Shown here in pieces: positions 8,663-16,886 of a DNA stretch of 20,000 nucleotides. The notes under the pieces are model-generated. The model searched no databases and was not told the origin of the DNA. It worked only from the letters and a program-made list of their open reading frames with translations. The DNA is taken from positions 61,497 through 81,496 of the IMG/VR virus record IMGVR_UViG_3300027283_000132; one strand, given 5' to 3'. The position numbers and the translations under genes are program-made. The DNA comes from an uncultured virus (IMG/VR IMGVR_UViG_3300027283_000132) (Duplodnaviria > Heunggongvirae > Uroviricota > Caudoviricetes). Every line of letters starts with the position of its first letter. Position 1 is the first letter of the stretch.

Positions 8663-9367
8663 ATGCGCGATTACGGCACCGCCACCGAAAATATGCTGGC
8701 CAGCCTTACGGGTGTCATATCCCGGCATCTGGTGTGGGTATCAGCGCGGCGCAAATCCACAGGGCTGATCGAGGCCGTGGGGTTCTGGAATGGGCTTGAT
8801 GTTCGGCAATTCACCGTTGGCGAGACCGCGCGCAGCTATCAGGGCGCGGGCTCAATCCTTGGGCTTGATCCGATCCGGGGCGAAGTGGGCTTGAATGTAC
8901 GAATGCACACAATCCGTTTTTCCGGCATTCCGGCTGCGGTGGTCAATCTGGTGAACCTCTATGACCTGCGCGGTGCGCCGGTCGAGGTGCACCGGGTGTT
9001 TTTCGATCCGGTCAAGGCGGTGCAGGTCGGCGTGCCCGTGCGGGTGATCAAAGGTTGGGTCGAAGAGATGCCCCTGCCGCGCGCCGCAGAGGGGCAATCG
9101 GCGGATGTCACCATGACGGTGGCAAGCGCCGCGCGGGCGTTGACCCGGACCTTGGCGCTCAAGAAGTCCAATTCCGCGCAGCGCCGGATCAACGCCACGG
9201 ACCGGGGGCGGGAGAATGCCGCCACCTCGGGCGCGGTGCCGGTGTTCTGGGGGTCAGGCAAGTCGCAGAACGGCGCGCCGCCGCCCACGAGCGTCACGCC
9301 GTCCACACCCACGGCAGACGAGCGCGCGGGCGGGGGCAGTACCAGCAACGGGGATAGTCGTGGATGA
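8663..9367 (+). CDS. Tail tip/hub component (gpL/DUF2163-like)
   Basis: 234 aa adjacent to the previous stop, with FWNG, YQGAGSIL and terminal V.WG motifs seen in this slot of alphaproteobacterial siphophage tails. Confidence 0.6.
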   Translation: MRDYGTATENMLASLTGVISRHLVWVSARRKSTGLIEAVGFWNGLDVRQFTVGETARSYQGAGSILGLDPIRGEVGLNVRMHTIRFSGIPAAVVNLVNLYDLRGAPVEVHRVFFDPVKAVQVGVPVRVIKGWVEEMPLPRAAEGQSADVTMTVASAARALTRTLALKKSNSAQRRINATDRGRENAATSGAVPVFWGSGKSQNGAPPPTSVTPSTPTADERAGGGSTSNGDSRG

Positions 9368-9747
9368 GCCGGGCACAGATGCTGATCGCCTATCTCGACA
9401 CTGTGCGGGTGATGCGCTTTCGCCCCGGCAGCCACGATTGCGGCATGTATGTCGCCGGGTGGGTCAAGGCCGCGACGGGCGTGGATCACGGCGAGCGGTG
9501 GCGCGGGCGCTATCGCAGCATGGCGGGGCTTGCCCGCGTGATGGCCGAAGACGGCTTTGCCAGCCATGTCGATTATATCGCCAGCCTCTTCCCGGAGATC
9601 CCGCCCGCCATGGCGCAGGTGGGCGATCTGGCGGTGTGCGAGGGCAGCGCCATGGGCATCTTTGCCAGCGACCGCGTGTTCGTGCTGCGCCCCGACGGGC
9701 TGGGCCATTTATCGCGCCTCAAGGCGGCGAGGGCTTTCAAGATATGA
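9364..9747 (+). CDS. NlpC/P60-like tail-associated peptidase-fold protein (DUF6950-like)
   Basis: F.PGSHDCGMYVAGWV.A.TG.D, WRGRY and AQVGDL motifs, with ATGA overlaps on both sides. Confidence 0.75.
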   Translation: MSRAQMLIAYLDTVRVMRFRPGSHDCGMYVAGWVKAATGVDHGERWRGRYRSMAGLARVMAEDGFASHVDYIASLFPEIPPAMAQVGDLAVCEGSAMGIFASDRVFVLRPDGLGHLSRLKAARAFKI

Positions 9748-12700
9748 TCCTGTTCTTTGCGTTCCTCGTAGGCTTTATCGTAGCACCCGGCGGAGCTATG
9801 GCCGAGCCGATTTCCACTGCGATTGCCGTTGCGCTGGCGGCATCAAGCGCCGGGGCTGGCACGTTTGCGGCGATTGCTGCGGGGTTCGGTGCACTGGGGG
9901 CGTTTGCGACGCGGATCATCGTGGGCGTGGGCCTCTCGCTGCTCAATCAAGCCTTTGCCAAGAAGCCCAAGGTCAATGGTCAGGGCATCCAGACCGAACA
10001 GACCACGACCGGCGACGTGACGCCGCAGAAATTCATCGTGGGCACAATGGCGGCGGAGGGCCACGCGGTTGCGCCCGCCTATAGCCGCTTCAAGAACAAC
10101 GGCATCCTGACCTACATTCTCGAGGTCTCGAACATTCCTGTGCAAGGTCTGACTGGGCGGATCGTCATAAACGGCAAATATTCCGACATCGAGGCCCCCG
10201 ACAATAGCGCGGGGCCGTTCAATGAGGTGCCCGAAAATTCTGGCCGTCGCATCCTGACCGAGTTCCGGCAGGACGACACAGACCCGACCGCGTGGATGTG
10301 GTTCTACGACGGGACGCAGACCGAGGCCGATCCAACGCTGGTGACATACTATGGCGCGCATCCTGACCGTCCTTGGACCACGGATCACGTCCTGCGCGGC
10401 ACAGCCTATGCGGTGCTGGAATTCGCGCTGGACCCCGAGATTTATCAGGGCCTGCCCTCTGTCCGGTTCGAGGTGCAGGGCATCAAGCTCTACGATCCGC
10501 GCAAGGATACCACCGTGGGCGGCTCTGGCGCGCATCGGTGGGACAATCCCGCAACTTGGGAGTTCTCAGAAAATCCGCAGGTGATCAATTACAACATCTA
10601 TCGTGGCATCACCCTGCCCACGGGCGACATCTGGGGCGGGCAGGTGTCTGCCGAGGATTTGCCACTCGATAACTGGTTTGCGGGCATGAACGAGTGCGAC
10701 GTCGATATCGGCGGGCGCAAGCAATACGTGGCGGGCTTCGAGATCAACGTCGAGGAGATGGCCCCGGTCGATGTGATCGAGGAAATGAACCGCGCCAGCT
10801 TTGCCCAGACGGCTGAGTTCGGTGGCGTGTTCCGGGTGCGCGTGGGTGCGCCCTCGGCCCCGGTGCTGGCTCTCACCGATGCGGATTTCGTAATCACGGA
10901 ATCCTCGGAGCTCACGCCGTTCCCGGCGTTCGAGAACGTGACCAACGGCATCACCGGGACTTACGTCGAGCCGAATGATATCTGGGAGGGCCGCGAGGCC
11001 GATCTGATCCTGAACGAGGATTGGGTGGCCGAGGATGGCGGGCAGCGGGTGGCAAGCGTTGGACTGCCTGCGGTGAGCGTCAAGGCGCAGGCGCAGCACC
11101 TGCTGAATTCTCTGCTGCTGGATGCGCGCCGGTTTGTGACGTTCCAAGTGACCTTGCCGCCGAGTTTCGCGCTGGTCGAGCCGCTGGATTCGATCAGCTT
11201 CACGTCCGAGATTTACGGCTACACGAACAAGGTGTTCGAGGTGATCGAGGTCGAGGACCGCACCGACACGTTGCTGCAAGTCGTGGTGATGCGCGAGCGC
11301 GAGGCCACGGATACAGATTGGGGGCCGGAGCTCGACGTGCCGGCACCTCTGCCCACCAATGGTCAGACACCGCCTGCGCCGCTTGTGGTGCCGCTGTCAG
11401 TGGCTGCGTTTGACCTGTCGGACGCAGGCGGCACTGCGCGCCGCCCGGCAATCCTGTTGACCTGGACGATTGAAAGCCTGCCCGCGATCCGCAACCTGAA
11501 ATATCAGGTGCGCGTGAAGGCCACGCAGGAGATCGTCGCAGAGGGCATCAAGCCGGTCGACGGGGGCCGCGTGCTGGTGCGGGGCGACATCATCGCCGCG
11601 ACGGAATACGAGGTCCGCGCCCGTTATGTGGCCGACAGCCCGACCGCGTGGACGCCGTGGCTGAGTGTGACCACGCCGGATTTGCGGTTGACGCAAGCGG
11701 ACCTTGCCGACGCCCTGCGCGACCAGATCGACACGGCCTTTGACCGGCATGATGCTGTGCTTGGCGATGCGAACATGCCGCGATCTGTCTCTGACCTGTT
11801 CAACCGCGTGGGTGAGGGTGCTGATGAGGTTGCCGAGGGACTGCTGCGCGGTTTCCTCGACGGGCAGGCGGTGCGCGAAACAACGGCATTTGGGCGGCGC
11901 GAGATTTCCACGCAGGTCGTGGACGGTATCAGCGCCGAGGCGAGCGAGCGGCTTCTTCTAGCCTCTAAGGTCGATCAGAACGCCGCCGTGATCACACAGG
12001 TGGCTGCAACCCGTGTGACAGCCGACGGCGCGGTGGCGGCGGTCAATCAGCAGATCGTGGCCAGCTACGGCAGTGTCACGGCGCTGGCAGAGGCTACGGC
12101 CTTTGCTGAGGCAACCATAGACGGCATATCGAGCGGCTTTGTCTGGTCACTTGGCGGCGATGATGTGTTGTCGCTGGTGCGTGTGGATGATGGTGAGACA
12201 GAGCCTGTCACGACCGCCCGGATCAAGGGCGATTACATCAAACTGGATGGCACTGTCGAAGTTTCCGGCGACTTTGTTCTCGATGGCGATCTGATCCTTG
12301 GCGGGTCAATTGTTACGGACAAGATCGAAGCAAATGCGACAGGGGCAATTAGCGCCACAACGCTTGGTTCAGATTTTCTGATCACCAGTACTTCTGCCTT
12401 TCAAGATGTTCTGACCTTGACGGCTGCGCACAGCAATCTGCCGAGTGAGCGACACATGATCCTGAACGTCAGGTTTCAGGCGGGGTCACTCAGCCCAGAT
12501 GATCTGGGCGCTGACGTGGAGTATCGCATACTTCGGAACGGGGTGCAGATGGAAGACACGCTTGTCTACCGTCAACGCGTCGAATTGGGCAAAAGGCAAC
12601 TGCTTGACAGCATGGTTTTCAAGAACCGCACGACGCCGGGGGCATCCGCGACCACCTACAAATTGCAGGCACGTTACTGGTTTCACCCCGGTGGTCTTAA

Positions 12701-12767
12701 GGGCGTGCTCGTTCTGCCGGGAACGCAGCTTTTTGCAGAGGAAAAAGCGATTGCCACATTCAGTTAA
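9744..12767 (+). CDS. Tail tip / host-specificity protein (lambda gpJ-like) with a fibronectin-III-like region
   Basis: Likely start is the ATG at 9744 (ATGA overlap) rather than 9216. Motifs LRGTAYA, FEVQGIKLYDPRKD...HRWDNPATWEFSENP and FN3-like YEVRARY...WTPW, followed by a coiled-coil segment. Confidence 0.88.
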   Translation: MILFFAFLVGFIVAPGGAMAEPISTAIAVALAASSAGAGTFAAIAAGFGALGAFATRIIVGVGLSLLNQAFAKKPKVNGQGIQTEQTTTGDVTPQKFIVGTMAAEGHAVAPAYSRFKNNGILTYILEVSNIPVQGLTGRIVINGKYSDIEAPDNSAGPFNEVPENSGRRILTEFRQDDTDPTAWMWFYDGTQTEADPTLVTYYGAHPDRPWTTDHVLRGTAYAVLEFALDPEIYQGLPSVRFEVQGIKLYDPRKDTTVGGSGAHRWDNPATWEFSENPQVINYNIYRGITLPTGDIWGGQVSAEDLPLDNWFAGMNECDVDIGGRKQYVAGFEINVEEMAPVDVIEEMNRASFAQTAEFGGVFRVRVGAPSAPVLALTDADFVITESSELTPFPAFENVTNGITGTYVEPNDIWEGREADLILNEDWVAEDGGQRVASVGLPAVSVKAQAQHLLNSLLLDARRFVTFQVTLPPSFALVEPLDSISFTSEIYGYTNKVFEVIEVEDRTDTLLQVVVMREREATDTDWGPELDVPAPLPTNGQTPPAPLVVPLSVAAFDLSDAGGTARRPAILLTWTIESLPAIRNLKYQVRVKATQEIVAEGIKPVDGGRVLVRGDIIAATEYEVRARYVADSPTAWTPWLSVTTPDLRLTQADLADALRDQIDTAFDRHDAVLGDANMPRSVSDLFNRVGEGADEVAEGLLRGFLDGQAVRETTAFGRREISTQVVDGISAEASERLLLASKVDQNAAVITQVAATRVTADGAVAAVNQQIVASYGSVTALAEATAFAEATIDGISSGFVWSLGGDDVLSLVRVDDGETEPVTTARIKGDYIKLDGTVEVSGDFVLDGDLILGGSIVTDKIEANATGAISATTLGSDFLITSTSAFQDVLTLTAAHSNLPSERHMILNVRFQAGSLSPDDLGADVEYRILRNGVQMEDTLVYRQRVELGKRQLLDSMVFKNRTTPGASATTYKLQARYWFHPGGLKGVLVLPGTQLFAEEKAIATFS

Positions 12768-12785
12768 CACAGAGCGAGGAACACC

Positions 12786-13631
12786 ATGAGCATCTGGTAT
12801 CGGACCGGCACGATCAGCATCACGAGCGGCAGCGCCGCACTGACGGGCAGCGGCACGGCATGGCTGGCCAACGCCGCACCGGGCATGATGGTGGTACGCA
12901 ATGGCGTGATTGTCGGCGAGGTTCTGACTGTCAACAGCAACACCTCGATCACGCTGGCGGTCGCCTATACCGGCACGACGATTAGCGGCGGCAGCTACGC
13001 CATTGCCAATCTCGGGGCCGTGCGCGACGGGCTGATTGCGGCGTTCAACGATGTGATGGCAATATTTGACGCGGCACAGGCTGGCCCGCTTTCTGGCCGG
13101 TTTGGCGACGGCACGCTGGCTGAGCCGGGGGTGGCGTTTCTGGCCGATCTAAACACCGGTTTTCGTCGCCCCGCTGCGGACCAGATCGGCATGGTCACGG
13201 GCGGTGTGCAGCGGGCACTTCTGTCGAGCGCGGGCCTCAACGCGATCACAAACCTGCTGCTCAACGGGTCACAGGTCTTTGCGCGCTCAAACATCCTCGG
13301 GACGGTCACTCAGGCCGCAGGTGTGCCGACCGGCGCGCTGATCGAAAGCGTGTTTGTCGGCGGCAATGGCGAATACACGCGGTTCGCCAATGGCACGCAG
13401 ATCTGTGCGACGACAGTTGCCACCTCGGATGCGGGTGAAGTCGCATGGACCTATCCGGCTGAATTCGCCGTCACCCCGCGCGTGGCGGCCGTGACCACCG
13501 GCGGCGGTTCCGTGGCCTTTGCTCGGGCGTCGAGCGTGACCACAACAACGCTGAATATGAGCACCTTTTTGACCACCAATGCGCGCGTTTCCAGTTTTGC
13601 AAACATCGTTGCTGTCGGCCGCTGGTTCTAA
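12786..13631 (+). CDS. Tail fibre protein
   Basis: GAGGA RBS, N-terminal WYRTGTISIT.GS..LTGSGTAW, central GDGTLAEPG.AF..D.NTG and C-terminal NGEYTRFANGTQIC...WTYPAEF...AVGRWF. Confidence 0.88.
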   Translation: MSIWYRTGTISITSGSAALTGSGTAWLANAAPGMMVVRNGVIVGEVLTVNSNTSITLAVAYTGTTISGGSYAIANLGAVRDGLIAAFNDVMAIFDAAQAGPLSGRFGDGTLAEPGVAFLADLNTGFRRPAADQIGMVTGGVQRALLSSAGLNAITNLLLNGSQVFARSNILGTVTQAAGVPTGALIESVFVGGNGEYTRFANGTQICATTVATSDAGEVAWTYPAEFAVTPRVAAVTTGGGSVAFARASSVTTTTLNMSTFLTTNARVSSFANIVAVGRWF

Positions 13632-13642
13632 GGAGAGACCCG

Positions 13643-13960
13643 ATGCACATCACACTGATCCCGCAGCGCCGCGCCACCCCCCTGACGGTCACGCGCAACG
13701 GCGACATTCTGACACTCAACGGTGAGACCTTCGATTTCTCGCCCCTGCCAGACGGGGCCACGCTGCCACGCGAGGCGATTGCGAGCAATTGGTTCGCCGG
13801 TCCTGTCGAGCGGATCGAGGGCGTGCTGCACCTGTCGCTGATCGTGCCGTTCGGTTCATCTGCGCCACCGCAGACGATCAATCCCGCGCCCCTCACTCTG
13901 ACCGGCAACGGCCCGGTGACCCTTCCGCCCTATGATCTGGAGATCCCCGATGCAGATTGA
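13643..13960 (+). CDS. Tail-fibre-associated hypothetical protein
   Basis: AGGAG RBS. GDILTLNGETFDFSPLPDGATLPREAI...W..GPVERI.G.L pattern is typical of the gene following such fibres. Confidence 0.7.
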   Translation: MHITLIPQRRATPLTVTRNGDILTLNGETFDFSPLPDGATLPREAIASNWFAGPVERIEGVLHLSLIVPFGSSAPPQTINPAPLTLTGNGPVTLPPYDLEIPDAD

Positions 13961-14312
13961 TTTCAGCCAGGCGGTCACCGCCGAGGCCAAAGCGCAAGCC
14001 GCCGCGTTTGAGCGTGCCACGGCGATCAGGACCGAGTGCCGCGCGCGCATCCTCGGCGTTGGCTCCGAGACGACGCAAATGAACATCGCGCAGGCGGGCA
14101 TCCTGTTCTCAACCGCGATCCTCAATGGCGCTGTGCGTGTCGACGCGCTGGCGCTGGCGGGCCTCATCGAGGGCGACCAGGAGCGCGCCGTTGCATGGAC
14201 CGCGTGGCGCAAGGCCATGCAGGCCGAGTGCCGTCGCGCCATCGAGGACGGCGATGTACCCGTCTGGCCAGACGTTCCAACCGGGGTCGCGGAATTCGCG
14301 GCCCGACACTGA
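13950..14312 (+). CDS. Tail-fibre assembly-like hypothetical protein
   Basis: Start at ATG 13950 (GGAG at 13939-13942). MQIDFSQAVTAEAK N-terminus and W...W...WP..P C-terminus. Confidence 0.65.
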   Translation: MQIDFSQAVTAEAKAQAAAFERATAIRTECRARILGVGSETTQMNIAQAGILFSTAILNGAVRVDALALAGLIEGDQERAVAWTAWRKAMQAECRRAIEDGDVPVWPDVPTGVAEFAARH

Positions 14313-14336
14313 AACCAACCCTGAAAGGAAACTGAA

Positions 14337-14741
14337 ATGTCGACCTTCTCCACCTACCTCGAAGCTGCCGTGCTCAATCACGTTTTTCGGAACACGGCGA
14401 TAACCAGCCCCGCCTCCGTGCATCTGGCGCTCTTTACGGCCGCGCCCACCGACGCAGGCGGCGGCACCGAAGTGACCGGCAGCGGCTATGCCCGCGCGGC
14501 CGTGACCTTTGGCGCGCCTGCTGCAGATCCGGCGGATGGCACCCGGCAGGCGGTGCTCAACAGCGCCGAGATTGTCTTTGCCACCACGCATGACCCGGTC
14601 CAGAGCGTCGTCGCTGTCGGCTATTACGACGCGGCGACTGCGGGTAATCTGCTGACCTGGTCGGCAATCACCGCCGCCGATCTGGGCGTGGGCGCGGAGA
14701 TCAAGTTCCCGGCTTCGAGCCTCAATGTCTTCCTGTCCTGA
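14337..14741 (+). CDS. Phage structural protein of the 'minor tail/fibre base' type
   Basis: AAGGA RBS. STYLEAAVLNHVFR...LALFTAAPTDAGGGTEVTGSGYARAAVTF...DAATAGNLL is a conserved phage virion protein pattern. Confidence 0.75.
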   Translation: MSTFSTYLEAAVLNHVFRNTAITSPASVHLALFTAAPTDAGGGTEVTGSGYARAAVTFGAPAADPADGTRQAVLNSAEIVFATTHDPVQSVVAVGYYDAATAGNLLTWSAITAADLGVGAEIKFPASSLNVFLS

Positions 14742-14959
14742 TGACCCGCGTCGCCTATGAGAGCAACGGCGGTCCGGTGGTGGATGGCGTACGCGCCATC
14801 CACGCCTGGAACGCGGCTCTCATGGCGGCAGTCGACCTGCTCGAAAAATACGAGCGTCCGAATATCAGCTTGAAAACCCTGAGTTCTGACAGTTTCGGGG
14901 CGGGCCAGTTGGACCTCGCTGCGACACTCAAACGAGAGCTTCGCGCTCTCAAGCTATGA
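14741..14959 (+). CDS. Hypothetical protein, 72 aa
   Basis: TGATG coupling to the previous gene and fills the gap before the next gene. No recognisable family. Confidence 0.5.
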   Translation: MTRVAYESNGGPVVDGVRAIHAWNAALMAAVDLLEKYERPNISLKTLSSDSFGAGQLDLAATLKRELRALKL

Positions 14960-14981
14960 CATCACATGAGGGCTGCCAACG

Positions 14982-16406
14982 ATGGCACTGATCACGACCA
15001 ATCTCAAAGTCCAGTTCGAGACAACCAATACGGTTGTGTCGCCTACTCTGTGGGTGGATGAGATTGCCGGGATCGAGCTGACGCAACTCGGGGCCATGTC
15101 CGAGCCTACGCTGCGCACGGCCGAAGAGGGGACGCCGACTGGCGCAGCTTATTTCAGTTTTGATAGCAGCAATGACGGGCTGGGGACTGTCGACCTGGCG
15201 GGCGAGGACATACCGGACGGGGTAGAGCCTCGCACAATGTATGTGGTTGTTCGTTTCCCGCCGGGGACTAGCGCCGGTAATTTCAACGGGGTCATGTATG
15301 GCGCCCCGACCACACGGCAAGCCTTTGGGACCGTGCTCAGCAACACCGAAAAGGTGCTGACCGATTTCTGGGCCGCCAGTTTCGCATCCGCTGCCAACTT
15401 TAACGACGACACCTGGCACATCATTTCGATCACTTTCAACGGGTCGGGTGTCGTCGGATACGTTGACAACGCTGGCGTCATTTCCGGCACACCCGCCACG
15501 CTCAACACCATTCTGTCCAAGCTATATATTAACTACAAACTGAGCGACAACGCAGGCGCGCTGATGGATTGCGCTGCGGTGCTGATTTATGCCGGCGCGC
15601 ACACCGCGCCGCAGCTCACTGAGATGTTCAACTACCTCAACGGTAAGTACATCACGCCTGGCGCTTCTGGCATCTCAGAGCGCACTGCGTCCAGTGGCGG
15701 CACCTTTGGTCTGACCGCCTCTCCTGCCTCTGTGCTCTTGCGGGCCGCGTCGAGCGAAGGCGCGTCGGGTGCCTCTGCGGCCTCTGTTGCCGTGCAGGGT
15801 CGCGCTGCGATCTCCGGCGGGGCTTCCGGTGCCGACGCAGCACCGACGCGCGTCTCCGGGCGCGCTGGAGCATCAGGCGGCCTCTCTGGCGCGTCCGCAA
15901 GCCCCGTCCAGATCGTCACGCGCAGCGCGTCGGGCGGCGGCGCATCCGGGGCCATCGCCACCCCTCAGACAACCGGACAGGTCGCGCGATCCGCGACCTG
16001 CGGTGGCACCTCTGGCGCGAGTGCCGCGCCGGTGTCTGTAGGATCGCGCGCTGCAGCCTCCGGGGGCGCCTCTGGCACCGGGGCCATGGCCGCGCATGTC
16101 AGCGTCAGAGAGGCCGCGTCAGGCGGGCTGTCCGGGGCAGAGGCCACACCCACCGCAATCACTCAGCGCGCAGCCAACGCGGGCGGCGTGTCCGGCGTGA
16201 TAGCCGCACCCGCGCGGATCGCGGCCCGGTCTGCGGTCTCCGGAGGCACGTCTGGGTCAGAGGCCACACCCGCTGACACGAGCCGGGTGGTGGACTTCCG
16301 GGCCACGGCCCTCTGGGATGAGCCTCAATTTACGGCCCTTTGGGATGAACCGAGCTTTACCGCCCTTTGGGATGAGCCACGTTTTGTGGCCACATGGAGA
16401 GACTGA
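14982..16406 (+). CDS. Putative fibre/adhesin: N-terminal LamG/concanavalin-like domain, 20-aa repeat stalk, 9-aa repeat C-terminus
   Basis: GAGG RBS. TMYVVVRF, NDDTWHIISITFNGS....YVDN and AAVLIY..A.......YL..KY match a LamG-like jelly roll, followed by Ala/Gly/Ser repeats. Confidence 0.75.
   Translation: MALITTNLKVQFETTNTVVSPTLWVDEIAGIELTQLGAMSEPTLRTAEEGTPTGAAYFSFDSSNDGLGTVDLAGEDIPDGVEPRTMYVVVRFPPGTSAGNFNGVMYGAPTTRQAFGTVLSNTEKVLTDFWAASFASAANFNDDTWHIISITFNGSGVVGYVDNAGVISGTPATLNTILSKLYINYKLSDNAGALMDCAAVLIYAGAHTAPQLTEMFNYLNGKYITPGASGISERTASSGGTFGLTASPASVLLRAASSEGASGASAASVAVQGRAAISGGASGADAAPTRVSGRAGASGGLSGASASPVQIVTRSASGGGASGAIATPQTTGQVARSATCGGTSGASAAPVSVGSRAAASGGASGTGAMAAHVSVREAASGGLSGAEATPTAITQRAANAGGVSGVIAAPARIAARSAVSGGTSGSEATPADTSRVVDFRATALWDEPQFTALWDEPSFTALWDEPRFVATWRD
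15675..16280 (+). repeat. About ten degenerate 20-aa (60-nt) coding repeats, consensus xxRxAxSGGxSGAxAxPxxV
   Basis: Read directly from the translation: SERTASSGGTFGLTASPASV / LLRAASSEGASGASAASVAV / QGRAAISGGASGADAAPTRV / ... / AARSAVSGGTSGSEATPADT. Confidence 0.85.
16305..16397 (+). repeat. Three-and-a-half 27-nt tandem coding repeats (TALWDEPxF)
   Basis: acggccctctgggatgagcctcaattt / acggccctttgggatgaaccgagcttt / accgccctttgggatgagccacgtttt / gtggccacatgg. Confidence 0.9.
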
Positions 16407-16699
16407 TGGATAAGATGGAGACCTTCGAGAAAAACACCTATTCCGCCGAAATCACGTTCCTCAGGAAGGACAGCACCGCGCCCGATCTCGGCGGGGCCGC
16501 TGTGGAGGCATGGGCGGTCGGCGCTGGCCCCACCATCCCCTTGGGGGCGAGTGTCCTGGACGGCGCGGCGGGTAAGGTGCGCGTGTTCTGGCCTGCGGAG
16601 ACATTCTCGGCGGGGCTCTACGAGGTCCAGCTGCGCGCCTCGAAAGGCGGCAAGACGGAAACCTATGCGGCGCGCCTGACCGTCGGCCGGTCGATCTGA
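16406..16699 (+). CDS. BppU N-terminal-like / Ig-like small structural protein
   Basis: Start at ATG 16406 (TGATG overlap, GGAGA upstream). PDLGGAAV...VLDGAAGKVRVFW......AGLYEVQL pattern. Confidence 0.6.
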   Translation: MDKMETFEKNTYSAEITFLRKDSTAPDLGGAAVEAWAVGAGPTIPLGASVLDGAAGKVRVFWPAETFSAGLYEVQLRASKGGKTETYAARLTVGRSI

Positions 16700-16886
16700 A
16701 GACATTCCCCAATGAGTGGGGATTTCCCGGTGGCCCTGAGCGGCCGCCCTACAGGAGGCCCCGAGCGCGCTGGAGGGCACGCCCGGGGACGCGGGGCCAG
16801 TCACCAAACTTCAACCCCGCCGACCAGTCAGACCTCATGGCCGCTCCCTGCCCCAAGGGGGCGGCGGGACTATGAGGCGATTCGAT
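16700..16886 (+). promoter_or_regulatory. Hairpin-rich regulatory region upstream of com
   Basis: Stems TCCCCA 16706-16711/TGGGGA 16717-16722, GCGGGG 16791-16796/CCCCGC 16815-16820 and GCCGCTCCCT 16840-16849/AGGGGGCGGC 16856-16865. Position is equivalent to the Mu Pmom region. Confidence 0.4.

Noticed and set aside
6341..8728. 795-aa minus-strand ORF and the other long antisense ORFs (e.g. 1448-2413, 5940-6857, 17208-18158)
   Set aside because: They are shadows of high-GC plus-strand genes, are Arg/Ser/Pro-rich and have no recognisable domains.
9216..9743. Extended N-terminus of the tail tip ORF (1183 aa)
   Set aside because: It overlaps two credible genes, and the ATGA-coupled ATG at 9744 is the better start.
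16305..16397. 27-nt repeats as a CRISPR array
   Set aside because: Units are directly adjacent with no spacers, lie in frame inside a CDS, and there are no cas genes.
1..16699. Gene transfer agent or contractile tailocin
   Set aside because: Mu-type gp36/gpG/gp37 and com genes plus a capsid are present and there is no sheath, which does not fit the RcGTA gene set or an R-type tailocin.
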